Source: a virus
Taxonomy: Duplodnaviria > Caudoviricetes
Length of the DNA: 63,342 nt
Virus record (IMG/VR): IMGVR_UViG_3300042549_000809
Span: 1 to 63,342 of that record
Direction: 5' to 3' (one strand)
Part shown: in pieces, positions 17,879 to 29,100 of the stretch
Numbering within the stretch: position 1 is the first letter of the stretch
Layout: each line of letters starts with the position of its first letter
Program-made: the position numbers and the translations under genes
The notes under the pieces: generated by a model
Seen by the model: only the letters and a program-made list of their open reading frames with translations
What the model was told of the DNA's origin: nothing
Databases searched by the model: none

Positions 17879-18220
17879 ATGGTAAAACTCACAGAGCTAA
17901 GTTTCGAACATACACTAGCTTGCCCTCGATGCGGCGATAACTATTTGCATCATGGACCTGTTACTGTGTACGACCGCCACGAAGATGCAGAAGAAGTACG
18001 CACTACATTAGTAGCTGGGGAAAACATCTCATCGCAGATGAAACCTAATGCAGCGTCTGGTAACCCTAGTAGCCGTCGTGACGGTATTGTGATTGAATTC
18101 TTTTGCGAATACTGCGGGGACTTAGACCCTGAGCGTAAGTCAGCTACACCGCCAATGGCACTAGAGATTGCGCAACATAAAGGCAATACATATCTGCGGT
18201 GGAATATTTTCAAAAACTAG
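17879..18220 (+). CDS. Zn-ribbon-like hypothetical protein
   Basis: AAGGAG SD; CPRC...CEYC. Confidence 0.7.
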   Translation: MVKLTELSFEHTLACPRCGDNYLHHGPVTVYDRHEDAEEVRTTLVAGENISSQMKPNAASGNPSSRRDGIVIEFFCEYCGDLDPERKSATPPMALEIAQHKGNTYLRWNIFKN

Positions 18221-18237
18221 CAGTACTGAATAGCCCA

Positions 18238-18316
18238 GCCGGAGGTGGCGCATATAACACCGGCAGTGGGGGGCGTGGTCCTTTAGTTATGATTTTCAGC
18301 CGCGTTGACCCCACAC
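18238..18316 (+). ncRNA. Candidate two-hairpin RNA element
   Basis: GCCGG..CCGGC / GGTG..CACC stem and GTGGGG..CCCCAC long stem, then a T-tract. Confidence 0.4.
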
Positions 18317-18337
18317 TTTTTATTTGAGGGAGTTAAT

Positions 18338-18733
18338 ATGGATAATCTATCGGCAAATAAACTTACCAAGATTTATTTAAAGATACGAGATGCACGAACA
18401 GAGTTGAGCAAGAAGTTTAAAGCAGAAGACGCATTACTAGTAGAACAACTGGACATGGTTGAAAAGCAGTTGCTTGAAGCATGTAAAGAGAACGATGCAA
18501 AGAGTATTAACACAGAGGCTGGTTTAGTTATACGTGGGGTATCAACGCAGTACATGACGAACGATTGGGATTCCATGTACAAGTTTATAAAAGACAATGA
18601 TGCTTTGGGTCTGCTTAAACAGTCACTGCACCAAACGAACATGAAGCAGTTTTTAGAAGAGTACCCAGATAAGTTTCCGCCGGGTATGTTAGTAGACAGT
18701 AAATATAAAATAACCGTAAGGAGAAGTAAATGA
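18338..18733 (+). CDS. Conserved phage replication-module protein
   Basis: GAGGGAG SD; coiled coil followed by a DW....F motif. Confidence 0.75.
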   Translation: MDNLSANKLTKIYLKIRDARTELSKKFKAEDALLVEQLDMVEKQLLEACKENDAKSINTEAGLVIRGVSTQYMTNDWDSMYKFIKDNDALGLLKQSLHQTNMKQFLEEYPDKFPPGMLVDSKYKITVRRSK

Positions 18734-19662
18734 GCGAAGTCTCGATCTTTAAGAACCGTGAAGTATCCGTAGTCAAGAGTGGCCCTAGCGAACTGACCAA
18801 GTCTTTGATGGGTGCAGGTAGCTCGTCGTCGCTAAGCCGTATCTCCCCGCGTAATGGTATTTTCTTCCGCGTTGCGAAGGGTGATATTGCAGGTAAGTTG
18901 AAAGCACCATTGCGTGTCGTGCTGGTGGGTGTTGCACCTGCTAGAACACAGCGTACGTTTTACATCGAAGCATACGATCCAAACGCTAAGCCTGCGCCGC
19001 CTGACTGCGCATCGAATGACGGCATCAAGCCTGATGCAAATGTTAAAGCGCCACAAGCTAGGTCGTGCGAGTTGTGCCCACAGAACATCAAGGGTTCAGG
19101 CCAAGGTGGCACTAGAGCTTGTGCGTTCAAGCGCCGTGTTGCTGTCGTACTGCCTGATGAAGTTGATACCAATAACCACGGTCACATCTATCAGATCGAA
19201 GTTGCGTCGAAGTCTATCTTCGGTAAGGGTTCAGGCCAAGTGTTCCCACTCAATGCCTACATCGACTACATCATCGCTAATGGTGAGAATGTTGACGGCG
19301 TTATTACTGAGATCGTTTTCAACGAAGACAACAACAATCAGTCCGTGTTGTTCCGCGCTGTAGATTTTGTGACTGCACATCCTGAGTTGCAAGAAGTTGT
19401 AGCTACAGCAGTTAACTCCCCTGATATTGCTAAAGCTATTACGTTAAGCGTAGGCGCTGTGGATAAGGGCGACGCAGAAGAGTTCGCACCTGCACCCAAA
19501 GCAGTTGCGCCGAAAGCTGTAGTACATGTTGCTGATGAACCGGACGAGGAAGAAGTTGTATCCGAGCCAGTTAAGCGCGCTAGCAAGAAGCCTGAAGTGC
19601 CGACCGCACCGAAGAAAAGCCTCGCTGACGTAGTCAGTGCATGGAGCGATGACTCGGAGTAA
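18730..19662 (+). CDS. Putative ssDNA-binding/annealing protein
   Basis: Cys cluster (PDC, C..CP.N, AC), acidic tail ending WSDDSE, replication context. Confidence 0.6.
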   Translation: MSEVSIFKNREVSVVKSGPSELTKSLMGAGSSSSLSRISPRNGIFFRVAKGDIAGKLKAPLRVVLVGVAPARTQRTFYIEAYDPNAKPAPPDCASNDGIKPDANVKAPQARSCELCPQNIKGSGQGGTRACAFKRRVAVVLPDEVDTNNHGHIYQIEVASKSIFGKGSGQVFPLNAYIDYIIANGENVDGVITEIVFNEDNNNQSVLFRAVDFVTAHPELQEVVATAVNSPDIAKAITLSVGAVDKGDAEEFAPAPKAVAPKAVVHVADEPDEEEVVSEPVKRASKKPEVPTAPKKSLADVVSAWSDDSE

Positions 19663-19664
19663 TT

Positions 19665-19910
19665 ATGAGCTTAGGGTATAGCCAGCAATTAGTTGAAGCT
19701 AATCGACGTGCGGACAAAACCAAAAAGTCGATGGGCGTGGCATTGGGGCGCGAGTGCATTAAGGCTAGCATCCCAGTCATTACGGTGGCACAGCAGCTTG
19801 GTGTCAGCCGGACAACGCTCTACAACTGGTTCGTTGGCGCGTCCTTACCAAAGGAGCGATATGTTCATGCGATCATAGATTTCATGTCCAGTATGAAAAA
19901 GCGCCGATAA
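19665..19910 (+). CDS. HTH DNA-binding protein
   Basis: VAQQLGVSRTTLYNWF. Confidence 0.8.
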   Translation: MSLGYSQQLVEANRRADKTKKSMGVALGRECIKASIPVITVAQQLGVSRTTLYNWFVGASLPKERYVHAIIDFMSSMKKRR

Positions 19911-19932
19911 GTTTTACCGTGGATGGCAGGTT

Positions 19933-19956
19933 GGGGGGAGCAATCCCCCCTTTTTT
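19933..19956 (+). terminator. Intrinsic terminator
   Basis: GGGGGGA-gcaa-TCCCCCC + T6. Confidence 0.8.
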
Positions 19957-19978
19957 ACCCCTATAACTATACAAACAC

Positions 19979-22852
19979 ATGGCTAACTTTGACCTGATCG
20001 ATACGGTGCTGCCCTCACAGGGTTGGTACGCAGTTATTGGCATCAAGAATAAGAGCCCGAAGCAAAAGCTTGTAGAGACTAGAGAAGAATTCGATACTGA
20101 GGTTGCCGCGCTGTTGGCGGAAGGACGCGATGTTTATTTTGGTTGCGCTAAGTTTGCAACTGGAGAGAACAGACAACAAGATAATGCTGCTTACTTTAAG
20201 GCGGTATGGATCGACATTGACTGCGGGCCTACTAAAGCAGTGCCTAACCCCAAGACCGGCAAGATTGACGGTTACATCGATCAAGCAACAGGACTGCAAG
20301 AACTGCAACGGTTTTGCAAGACCGTAGGACTGCCCAAGCCTACGATTGTTAACTCAGGGCGTGGATGGCACGTATATTGGCACTTAACAGAAGTAATTAA
20401 TCGTGAGCAGTGGAACCCTTTGTCGCAGCGGCTTAAAGAGCTATGCGATATCCACGGGCTTATCGTAGACCCTAGTGTGTTCGAGGCTGCGCGGGTATTG
20501 CGCGTGCCGGGTACATTAAATTTTAAAGACGACCCAGCTAATCCAGTTGAGGTTGTAGCATCCAGCGGGTTTATCGACTACGCTGAGTTGAAGCAAACCA
20601 TTGGTGCATCCGAGGCGAAGCAGTTTACCCCTCGTCGTGTTGCACCGCGTAGCGCACTCACAATGTCGCTAATGAAGAACAAGGTCGCTAAGTTTAAGAC
20701 GATCATGCTAAAAAGCGCCGAAGGTAACGGCTGCAATCAGCTTGTCCACGTGTTCCAAAATCAAGAAACAGTAAGCTATGACTTATGGCGTTCGGCCTTA
20801 TCCATCGCGGCGTTCTGCGAAGAGGGTGCGGCAGCAGCACATAAGATATCTGCGAAGTATCCTGACTACGACCCGTACGAAGTCGAAGCAAAGGTGCATG
20901 ACCTCCAGCGTAACGGTGGGCCACATTACTGCACGACGTTTGAGAAGCTGAACCCCGGCGGTTGCGATGGCTGTGCACTCAAGGGTAAAGGCACTACACC
21001 TATTACGCTAGGCCAAGAGGTTGCACGTGATGAGCCTACGGAAGCGGGCTACCTTGTTGAAGTTGAACCAGTTGACGAGGAAGAGCCGCCAGTCGCCGTA
21101 GTGATTCCGCCTTACCCATTCCCATACTTTCGGGGCAAGACCGGTGGTATCTATCGGCAAGCTAAGGATGATGAGGATGAGGACTTGCTTATCTACGAGC
21201 ACGACTTGTATGTAGTTAAGCGTATGGAAGACCCCGAGCTAGGTGAAATTGCGCTGATGCGTTTGCACATGCCGCGTGATGGGGTTAAGGAGTTTTCGGC
21301 ACAGCTAGATCAGATCATCGTCAAGGAAGAGCTACGTAAGATTCTGGCGCGAAGGGGTGTCGCTGCGTACCCGAAACAAATGGAGAACCTTGCTGGCTTT
21401 GTACTAGCAAGTATTAAAGAGATGCAGTACACAAGAAAGGCGGAGCTTATGAGAACTCAATTTGGTTGGACAGATAACGACAGCAAGTTCATTGTTGGGG
21501 ATAGGGAGATTACGGCAGACGGTGTGTTTTATAGCCCACCATCGAACCATACAAAGAGCATCGCCCAGCACATGACCGCAGTAGGTACGCTGGAGAAGTG
21601 GAAAGAAGTATTCAATATGTACAACCGCCCCGGACTAGAGCCAAACGCATTTGCTGCGCTGACAGGCTTTGGTGCCCCATTGTTAAAATTTATGGGTTTG
21701 AACGGAGCGATTATAAATGTGATTTTTAAGAAGTCAGGCAGCGGTAAGTCTACGACGTTGTACGTGGCGAACAGTGTCTGGGGTCACCCTGAGCGGTTGG
21801 TTGCTATCCCGAAAGATACTATGAACGCACGTATGCACAGACTTGGCGTGATGAACAATCTGCCATTTACGATGGACGAGATTACCAACATGAAGCCCGA
21901 GGAGTTTTCGGACATGGCCTATGCAATGTCGCAGGGGCGTGGTAAAGATCGGCAGAAGTCACAGGCCAATGAGCTACGACTTAACCTGACCTCATGGCAG
22001 AACTTGTCACTTGCTAGTTCCAACGCTAGCTTTTACGAGAAGCTGGGTTCGCTTAAGGACACGCCGGACGGTGAGCGTATGCGTTTCATCGAGTATGAGA
22101 TTGGCTATTCCGATTCGATCTCCACGGCTGAAGGTAAGCAGATGTTCGACCACCAGCTACGCGAAAACTACGGGCACGCTGGGGATATTTATGCAGAGTA
22201 TCTTGTCTGTAATCGGGATGAGGTTGTACACACATTGTTAGCACTACAGGCAAAGATCGACAAAGAGCTACGGCTTACCCAGCGGGAGCGGTTCTGGTCT
22301 GCTATCGTTGCGTGTAACCTGCTAGGTGGGTTGATTGCTAAGGACTTGGGGCTGATCGACTACGACATGGCTGCTGTTTATAAATGGGCAACGAAGATGA
22401 TTCGTGAAGTCCGTGAGGATAGCGCCGCACCAATTGACGACGCATCGAACATCGTCGGTGACTTTATCAACCGGAACATGCGGAACATTCTGGTTATTAA
22501 CGGTGACGTAGATATGCGCACGAAGTTATCAGCGGCACCACAGCAAGAGCCGTATGGAGATTTAGTTATCCGTTACGAGCCTGATACCAAGAAGATGTTC
22601 ATTGTTGCTAAGCGTTTCCGTACCGACTGCGTGGAACGGCAGGTCAATTACAAAGACGTAATGAAGCAGTTGTCCGATAAGGGGGTCTTCGTGGGTAGTG
22701 GGGCTAAGCGCATTACGACCGGTACCAAGATCAAAGGGCCGCCAGTTCAGGTGCTGGAGTTTAACTGCAACACGCCTGAGTTCATTAGCTTAGACGATTA
22801 CATTGAGCCGGAGAAAGCAGATGCGGATCGAGGGAGTAGCGTACAGGGTTAA
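19979..22852 (+). CDS. Primase-helicase (AEP/RepB-like primase + DUF927-type helicase)
   Basis: WIDID, SGRGWHVYW, RVLRVPGT.N; Walker A SGSGKS, Walker B MDE. Confidence 0.85.
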   Translation: MANFDLIDTVLPSQGWYAVIGIKNKSPKQKLVETREEFDTEVAALLAEGRDVYFGCAKFATGENRQQDNAAYFKAVWIDIDCGPTKAVPNPKTGKIDGYIDQATGLQELQRFCKTVGLPKPTIVNSGRGWHVYWHLTEVINREQWNPLSQRLKELCDIHGLIVDPSVFEAARVLRVPGTLNFKDDPANPVEVVASSGFIDYAELKQTIGASEAKQFTPRRVAPRSALTMSLMKNKVAKFKTIMLKSAEGNGCNQLVHVFQNQETVSYDLWRSALSIAAFCEEGAAAAHKISAKYPDYDPYEVEAKVHDLQRNGGPHYCTTFEKLNPGGCDGCALKGKGTTPITLGQEVARDEPTEAGYLVEVEPVDEEEPPVAVVIPPYPFPYFRGKTGGIYRQAKDDEDEDLLIYEHDLYVVKRMEDPELGEIALMRLHMPRDGVKEFSAQLDQIIVKEELRKILARRGVAAYPKQMENLAGFVLASIKEMQYTRKAELMRTQFGWTDNDSKFIVGDREITADGVFYSPPSNHTKSIAQHMTAVGTLEKWKEVFNMYNRPGLEPNAFAALTGFGAPLLKFMGLNGAIINVIFKKSGSGKSTTLYVANSVWGHPERLVAIPKDTMNARMHRLGVMNNLPFTMDEITNMKPEEFSDMAYAMSQGRGKDRQKSQANELRLNLTSWQNLSLASSNASFYEKLGSLKDTPDGERMRFIEYEIGYSDSISTAEGKQMFDHQLRENYGHAGDIYAEYLVCNRDEVVHTLLALQAKIDKELRLTQRERFWSAIVACNLLGGLIAKDLGLIDYDMAAVYKWATKMIREVREDSAAPIDDASNIVGDFINRNMRNILVINGDVDMRTKLSAAPQQEPYGDLVIRYEPDTKKMFIVAKRFRTDCVERQVNYKDVMKQLSDKGVFVGSGAKRITTGTKIKGPPVQVLEFNCNTPEFISLDDYIEPEKADADRGSSVQG

Positions 22853-23015
22853 TTGGCGAGGGTTCAAACGGGGCACATCGTTCTTTGTCCCGTGCCTTAA
22901 TCACATCGTTGCCGTTGACGCAATACAGCGCATTACACGGCGGCACAAGTTTGAAGTTGTTACCAAAGTTGTAATCGAAGATAGCATTAGGGGTGTACGC
23001 GTGTGGAGACTGTGA
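22821..23015 (+). CDS. Small hypothetical protein
   Basis: GGAG SD; overlaps primase end; G.SFFVP...GVRVWR. Confidence 0.65.
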   Translation: MRIEGVAYRVNWRGFKRGTSFFVPCLNHIVAVDAIQRITRRHKFEVVTKVVIEDSIRGVRVWRL

Positions 23016-23023
23016 TATATACT
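23011..23023 (+). promoter_or_regulatory. TGTGATATATACT element identical to the terS promoter -10 region
   Basis: Same 13-mer as the reverse complement of 1590..1602. Confidence 0.45.
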
Positions 23024-23076
23024 TATCTCGACGGCGCTTAGCTCCTTTGCTCCGTCATTCTCCTTCGCTGTATTTA

Positions 23077-23103
23077 CCCCCGGGCAACCCGGGGGATTTT
23101 TTT
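23077..23103 (+). terminator. Terminator between convergent early and late arms
   Basis: CCCCCGGG-caa-CCCGGGGG + T-tract. Confidence 0.8.
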
Positions 23104-26100
23104 ACTTCTCTTTCATCTTCTCTATACGGTTTACAACATCCCTCGCATAAGCAGATGTCCGCTTGCCATTACCGTCCGCATAGTCTTGCTTCCACGCATT
23201 GCCCTTACCTTTATTGACATTGCCTTCACCGGAGAAGTAAGCAGTAGCAATACGCGCCGGATCATCCCCATACTTACTAGCTATATCCTTAATGTAACGC
23301 ACACCTACACGCATGTTGTCCGCAGGGTCGTTAATGCGCTCGCCTTCCTTCGCATACATCTTGAATGTGCTTGGAATAATCTGCATAGGCCCACGTGCAT
23401 CGTCAACACTAGTCCGCGTATCCTTACCGCCTGACGACTCTTGATTAAAGATCGCAGTAATAACAGGAGTTAGATGCGCAGCGCCTTCCTCTTCAATAGC
23501 GTTGTTAAGCCTAAACTCTGACACCTTCGCAGGTGGCGGTGAATCTACTGCGGGGTCTATGGGCTTGAACTCCATTTTAGGTTCCGACTTAGGTTCCGAC
23601 TTAGGTTTAGCTGCTTCCCCTTCCAACAAACGTAAGCCGCGTTCCCGCACATCCTCAATATCCCGATATGGCCGCTCAACATACAACCCACGTTCAGACT
23701 GACGACGACGTTTCTCTCTTGCTTCTAAGGCACGCTGGATATCTTCCGAAGTAATCTTCGATTCGGAATGAGGGAACCTGTCGTTAAAGTTATCAATCTT
23801 ATCCCGCACCTTGTCGTATTGTTCGTCGTTGTCGTACACCGCAGCATGGTCTAGCTGGTTGATAAGATTCTTACGCATATCTTTAATCTTCGTAAGCTGC
23901 TGGTTGATATAGAACCGATCCGACGCTTCTTGTGCAAGTCCTGTGGTTTTAAACCCAAGGCGTTGCATCATTAATTGTGGCTCAGTAAACTCACCCGCTT
24001 CTTTTACAACGTCACCGCTAGGTGTACGCGCACCTTCTTCTGCATACCGGCTGGCAGTTATAGCCCCACGGAAGAAAGCGGGGGAAAGTTTCTCCGCACC
24101 TTTCTTGTAATCACCTTTTACGAGGTCATCAATGCCCGAAGCGGCAACACTCCACGCACCCACTGCGGGGCCAAGATGCGACAATATAAAGTCTTGGTAT
24201 GCGTTCTTCCACCCAGCGGATTCTTTCCCGCCTTTCAGCCAAAAATCCATTGAGATACCAGTAGCAAAGTCGTAGCCGGACGCTGCATTGAGTACGCCAG
24301 ACGCAGCAATCTCACTAAGTTTCATCCCTGCAAACTTAGCTCCCCCAAAGAAGTCAGGCAAGAATATGTTTTCAAACCACTTCTTAACATTCATCTCCTC
24401 CAAGACTTCTTCTTCGTCGTCATCTTTCATCAGGTTTTTAATACCCTGCGCCACACCCATAATCACGCTATAGAACGGCAATCCCGGTACACCTGCCATC
24501 AACCCCGTAATACCCAACGTACCAAAGAACGCACGTGCCGAAGCACGACGGGTCATACCATCCATAGGCTTAATCATTTGCGCAAAGTTACGCACTAAGT
24601 AAACAGTGGCAAACAACGGAAACTTTAAAAACTGCGTAACTACCCGCGCTGGCGCTGAACGCATTGTGCGTGGTGCATTCCATGTGGAGTAATCGAACAA
24701 CGACTCGTTCGTTATATCTACTGCGGAGTTAATCGCCTCATCAAATGATTTACCCGCCTTACGAGCTAAACGAAACGCCGTCATGAACGCAACTTCTTTG
24801 GACAACCGTTCAGCGTTGTGGAACAAGAACCCCATTGCCTGTACAGCGTTTGCCGTGTACGGGTTGTAATCTGCCGAAGGTTGACCTTTACGCATAAACA
24901 GATCGTTGGTCTGGGTGTTTGTGCTAATACCACGGTCAATCATTTCTTGTGCAGCACGACGTAGCTCAGGGTTGTTGCGCACTTCCGCAGATGCCGCAAG
25001 AGATGGCAAAGTTAATTTTGTGTTCCCCGCACGGTCTACTTTGGTCACACCAATTTGTTGATGGGCAGCAGTCATAAACCGCGTCATCTCTGCACCAACT
25101 GCACCCCAACCATAGTATTTAGCTAGCGTAGGCGCAGTAAAGTTAGCCAAGCTGAACATCTGGTTAGCAGCGGACTTAGCAGAAGTAAGCAGCCATACAA
25201 ACGCAAACTTGTTAGAAAAACGGGCAAACTTATCCCCGAAGGTATCGGTAATGTCTGGGCTTACTTCCGCTTTAGCGCGTATACGAACCTCATCAACCAA
25301 CATACCAAGCTTAGCTTTGTCGGGGTTACCCTTAAGCGACTCGTCTGCGGCGTCTATCCCATTCATAATGTCAGGGCCGTACTTGATACGCGCAAGTTGG
25401 TTTGCGAACCGTGTACCGGAATTAATAAAATTACGCAACGCATCACCGCTAAAGCCCGCAGTTCCCTTACGTGTGATGAACTGTTTGCGGAAGCTAGCTT
25501 CTGGTAACGTCGCTAGGTGTAGCTGGAATATCTCGTTTTTGATATCGCCACGAGTTTCATCGGTAAGGTTAGTGGTGCTGTCAACGAGCGAGAACAAGTT
25601 CTTCAGGATTGGGCTAGACGCCATCGCTTTATCGCGTAGCTTGTCTAGACTGTTGCCAACATCGGCATCCATGTCTGTAATCATTTGCTCAAACGTACGC
25701 TTGTCGCCTGACGCATTAAGTTCTTTAACCCGTGCTTCCACGTAAGCATCACGTAAGCCAGCGGTTTCAAACATCTGAAACTCGGCGTTCTTACCCTTAC
25801 CAAAGCTTACGTAGTAATCACCGTAGCGCATCAGCGGGAAGTACGGAGAGACTTTAGCCCCTGCCTCATAGGTTGCACGAACAGCAGCGGCGAGCTTACC
25901 TTTGTCCGAAGTAGGATCATCAACGCTACCCTCAGCAGAGGACATCTCAACCCGCTTGTTCAGCAGTCCACGATACAAGTCGTAGTTGTTCTTGTAGAAG
26001 TCACGGACAGACGTGTAGACTTTCTTAGCCTCCGGCGTCAACGCTTTCCACATCGCATTGAGCTTGTCGTTGGACTTGTTAGTTGCAGGATCTACTTGGA

Positions 26101-29100
26101 TGTCTGTTGCCATGTGCATGACATCGGCTAACTTACTACTTTCTTTTGCCCCCAACTTAATCCAAGGCGTAGCTGTTTCTTGCACTACATTTAACTTCTT
26201 AGTGCGGAACTGTGCCATTTTCTGCACGCCAGCATTTACATCTTTTAACCCGCCGATACCCATGTCGGTGCCGGTGGATATTAAGACCTCCGTTGGCATA
26301 TTAGCCAGATAGGCTTTATATGCGGGGGTAGCCATGTTGCGGTAGTTCAGCTTGAGGTAGTCGCCCCACAGCTTAGGGTCACGCGCAACATTTGTCAATG
26401 AGCTTAACTGCTCCACAGTTTCCGAAGCTGTCTTGGTTTTTGCCAGCTTATCCAGAGCGCGATACGTCTCCTTCTCTTGGTTCTTCGCGGCGCTGACTAA
26501 GGATTGGTTCTCCTTGATAAGCATCTGCGCAACGGCAGCGGAACTAGGGGTAGGTGCGACACTGATATCCTGCGAGATGAGGATCAAATCCTTCATGCCT
26601 GAACGTAGGCTAGGGTCAATCCGCAACAGCTTCATTATGATGTCAACAAACAACGTGAAGCCAGAAGACTTAGCGTTGGTGCCCGGCACATCGTTAGTTA
26701 AGAACGACTGCATCGCAGGCGAGGTCATGCCATAGGCATAAAACTCTTTGACGTTTGTAAACGCACTGCCGAAGTCTAGGCTCTTTAGCTCAGGCGTAAG
26801 TTCCCCTGCTGCTTCTTTAGCGTCGTACACTTCTTTGGCACGTCCCATCAAGTCGTTCAACTGCGCAACTGCATCTGCTAAGCTAGGGTCAACCTTCTCC
26901 CCATACTTTTCTGCGAGTAATGCGTAATTGATCTTCTGATTGCCAGCGGCGTGGAAGGCTTCATGCAGTACAGTTCCCGCGTTGTTCCCGCGTTGTCCCT
27001 CGCCGTAGCTGTCGCCCCTTACGTATACGCTAGCTGAACCATCAGGGTGCAGCATGTACAGCCCCCGTGCGTCCTTGTCCAAAGCCTTCTTAGCCTGTGA
27101 AGCGCGGTCTTGCTTCTGCACAACTGCAAAGTCAACTTCCTTAATCCCACCGATGTTGGACTTGTCTAGCAAGTGCGCCGCAAGCTGTTGCTCTACGTTG
27201 TTACCCGTGCGAATAATATGGGCTAAGGCATCTTGCAGGTTGTCAAACTTATCGTAAGCTGGGTCGGCAACACGGGTTATCGTACCGCGAGATTCACTCT
27301 CTTCGGCAGGTGGTTCTTCCGTCGCTTTTATAGCAGCGTCAATTTGCTTATCAGTCAGCCCCTCAGCTTTGAGCGTATCCCGAATAGTAACGGAAGGGAT
27401 TTCTTTTTCTACCGGAGGATTTAAGTACTCTTCGTATTCCGCTTCGGTCATCGAAGTAGCTGCGCGAAGATCGGCAGCAGGGGCCCAATACATACCAGCA
27501 GGGAGTTCTTTTTCTGCTACCCCAGCTTTAGGTCTGCCTTTTGCCGGGGCCGCTTCACCTTTACGGAACCGTTCTAGCTGGCGTGGAGTCAGCGTAGCAG
27601 GAGGCTTTGTTGGGAGCTTAGCTAATTCTGCACCTTCGTGCAAAGCTTTGGCGCGTGCGGCTTCAGCAGGTTTTAGCCCACGGATATAAGACTTAGCCGT
27701 AATATAGCCCGCCTGTGGGCTCTTCACTAACGACAGCTTGTGTAACTCTTTACGTAGCTTTTCAAGATTCTGTATCCGCGCTGCTTCAGCGTAGTCGTAC
27801 TCGCGTTCCGTTGGAAACTGCCCTGTAGGCTGTTGGTATTTTTTAGCCGCAGTAACAAGCGCCGTCACATCGCGGTTAAACTTATTAATTGCACCGGTCT
27901 GAGCTTTACGATCTTCTGGAGTCTTGGCAATTTCAGACTTAGGTCGTCCAGCACCGGGCGCACGTTGCCGTGCCGTTCCCGCTTTAGTCATTGCAGCTTC
28001 TGATGCTTTGACTTGCGCAATCGCTGGTGGCTCTACTTCAAGTTCTTCACGCCGTGCAGCTTCTAGCTCAAGCGGAGCAGGTTCAGTTACTGCGGGTGCT
28101 TCTGCACGTTCAACAGCGTTTCTTATCCGGCGGATAGTCTCTTCAGGTTTAGCACTCTTGCTTACATCCAGCCCAATATCTCTTGCGACGTTATTTAACT
28201 TAGCTGGGTTAAGGGGCACGCCGCCTTTGTCGATAGCAGTGAGTAAGTCTTTTGCTGTATTAATTTCTGGCGTTGTAGTTACTGCGGGTGCGGCTGCGGG
28301 TGCTTCTGGTCTTTCTTCTTTTGCTTCGACGGCTTGAGGGGCTTCAGCGACACGTGGAATCTCCGTAGGAATAGCGGCTCTAGGCTGCACAGGTTTAGCG
28401 CCGAACGGATGCCCGCGTTCAGCAAGGTCATTAAATCGCTCGAACACAGATTCGGTATGCTCATCAGGCGGTAAGCCTTCAGCAAGTTTGTTCTGCATCC
28501 ACTGCTCACCCACAGCCCAGCCCACATCGGCATAAGGATCACGGTTAAGTGCAGTTTGAATCTGCCCCGCTACTTGATCGACTGCTGTTATTGCAGCAGG
28601 CTTAGGCTCTTCTCGTACATCAAAACGTCCAGCCAGTGACTCAGCAGAAGCCAATCCTCGATCAATAGCTGATGAAACTCCTCCGGGGGCTCCTTCTGTT
28701 CCGCTAGGCACTTCATAGCCGTACTGATCTGCGATAGGCTCAGTGACGTAAGATGGTGGCTCGGGAATAACATCGGGTGCCTCCGCTTGTAGTTGTGCGC
28801 GCTCTGCTGCGCCTGTGGTATCGGCAGCGGCTACTTGTTGCATAGTCGCACGACGTTCATCAGCAATGGTCTGTGCAGCTAACATCTCCGCATCGTCAGC
28901 CATTTCGCCCTGAGCTTCAAACGCATCGGCAAGCTGTCTAAAACGTACGTCTTCTGGTACGGCTGGCGGTGGCGCAACTGCTTCGGGCACAGGAGGTTCT
29001 ACTTCAATCTCTGGCGTCCGTGCAGCTATCATCGCGGCTAAAGGCTCTGCGGGTGCAGGAGGTTCCGCTTCAAGTTCCGGTGCACGTGCAGCTTCCAACG

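Noticed and set aside
18228-18268. Reverse-strand CCGGCTGGGC resembling an HDV ribozyme P1/P1.1
   Set aside because: P2/P3/L3 could not be built between the P1 strands.
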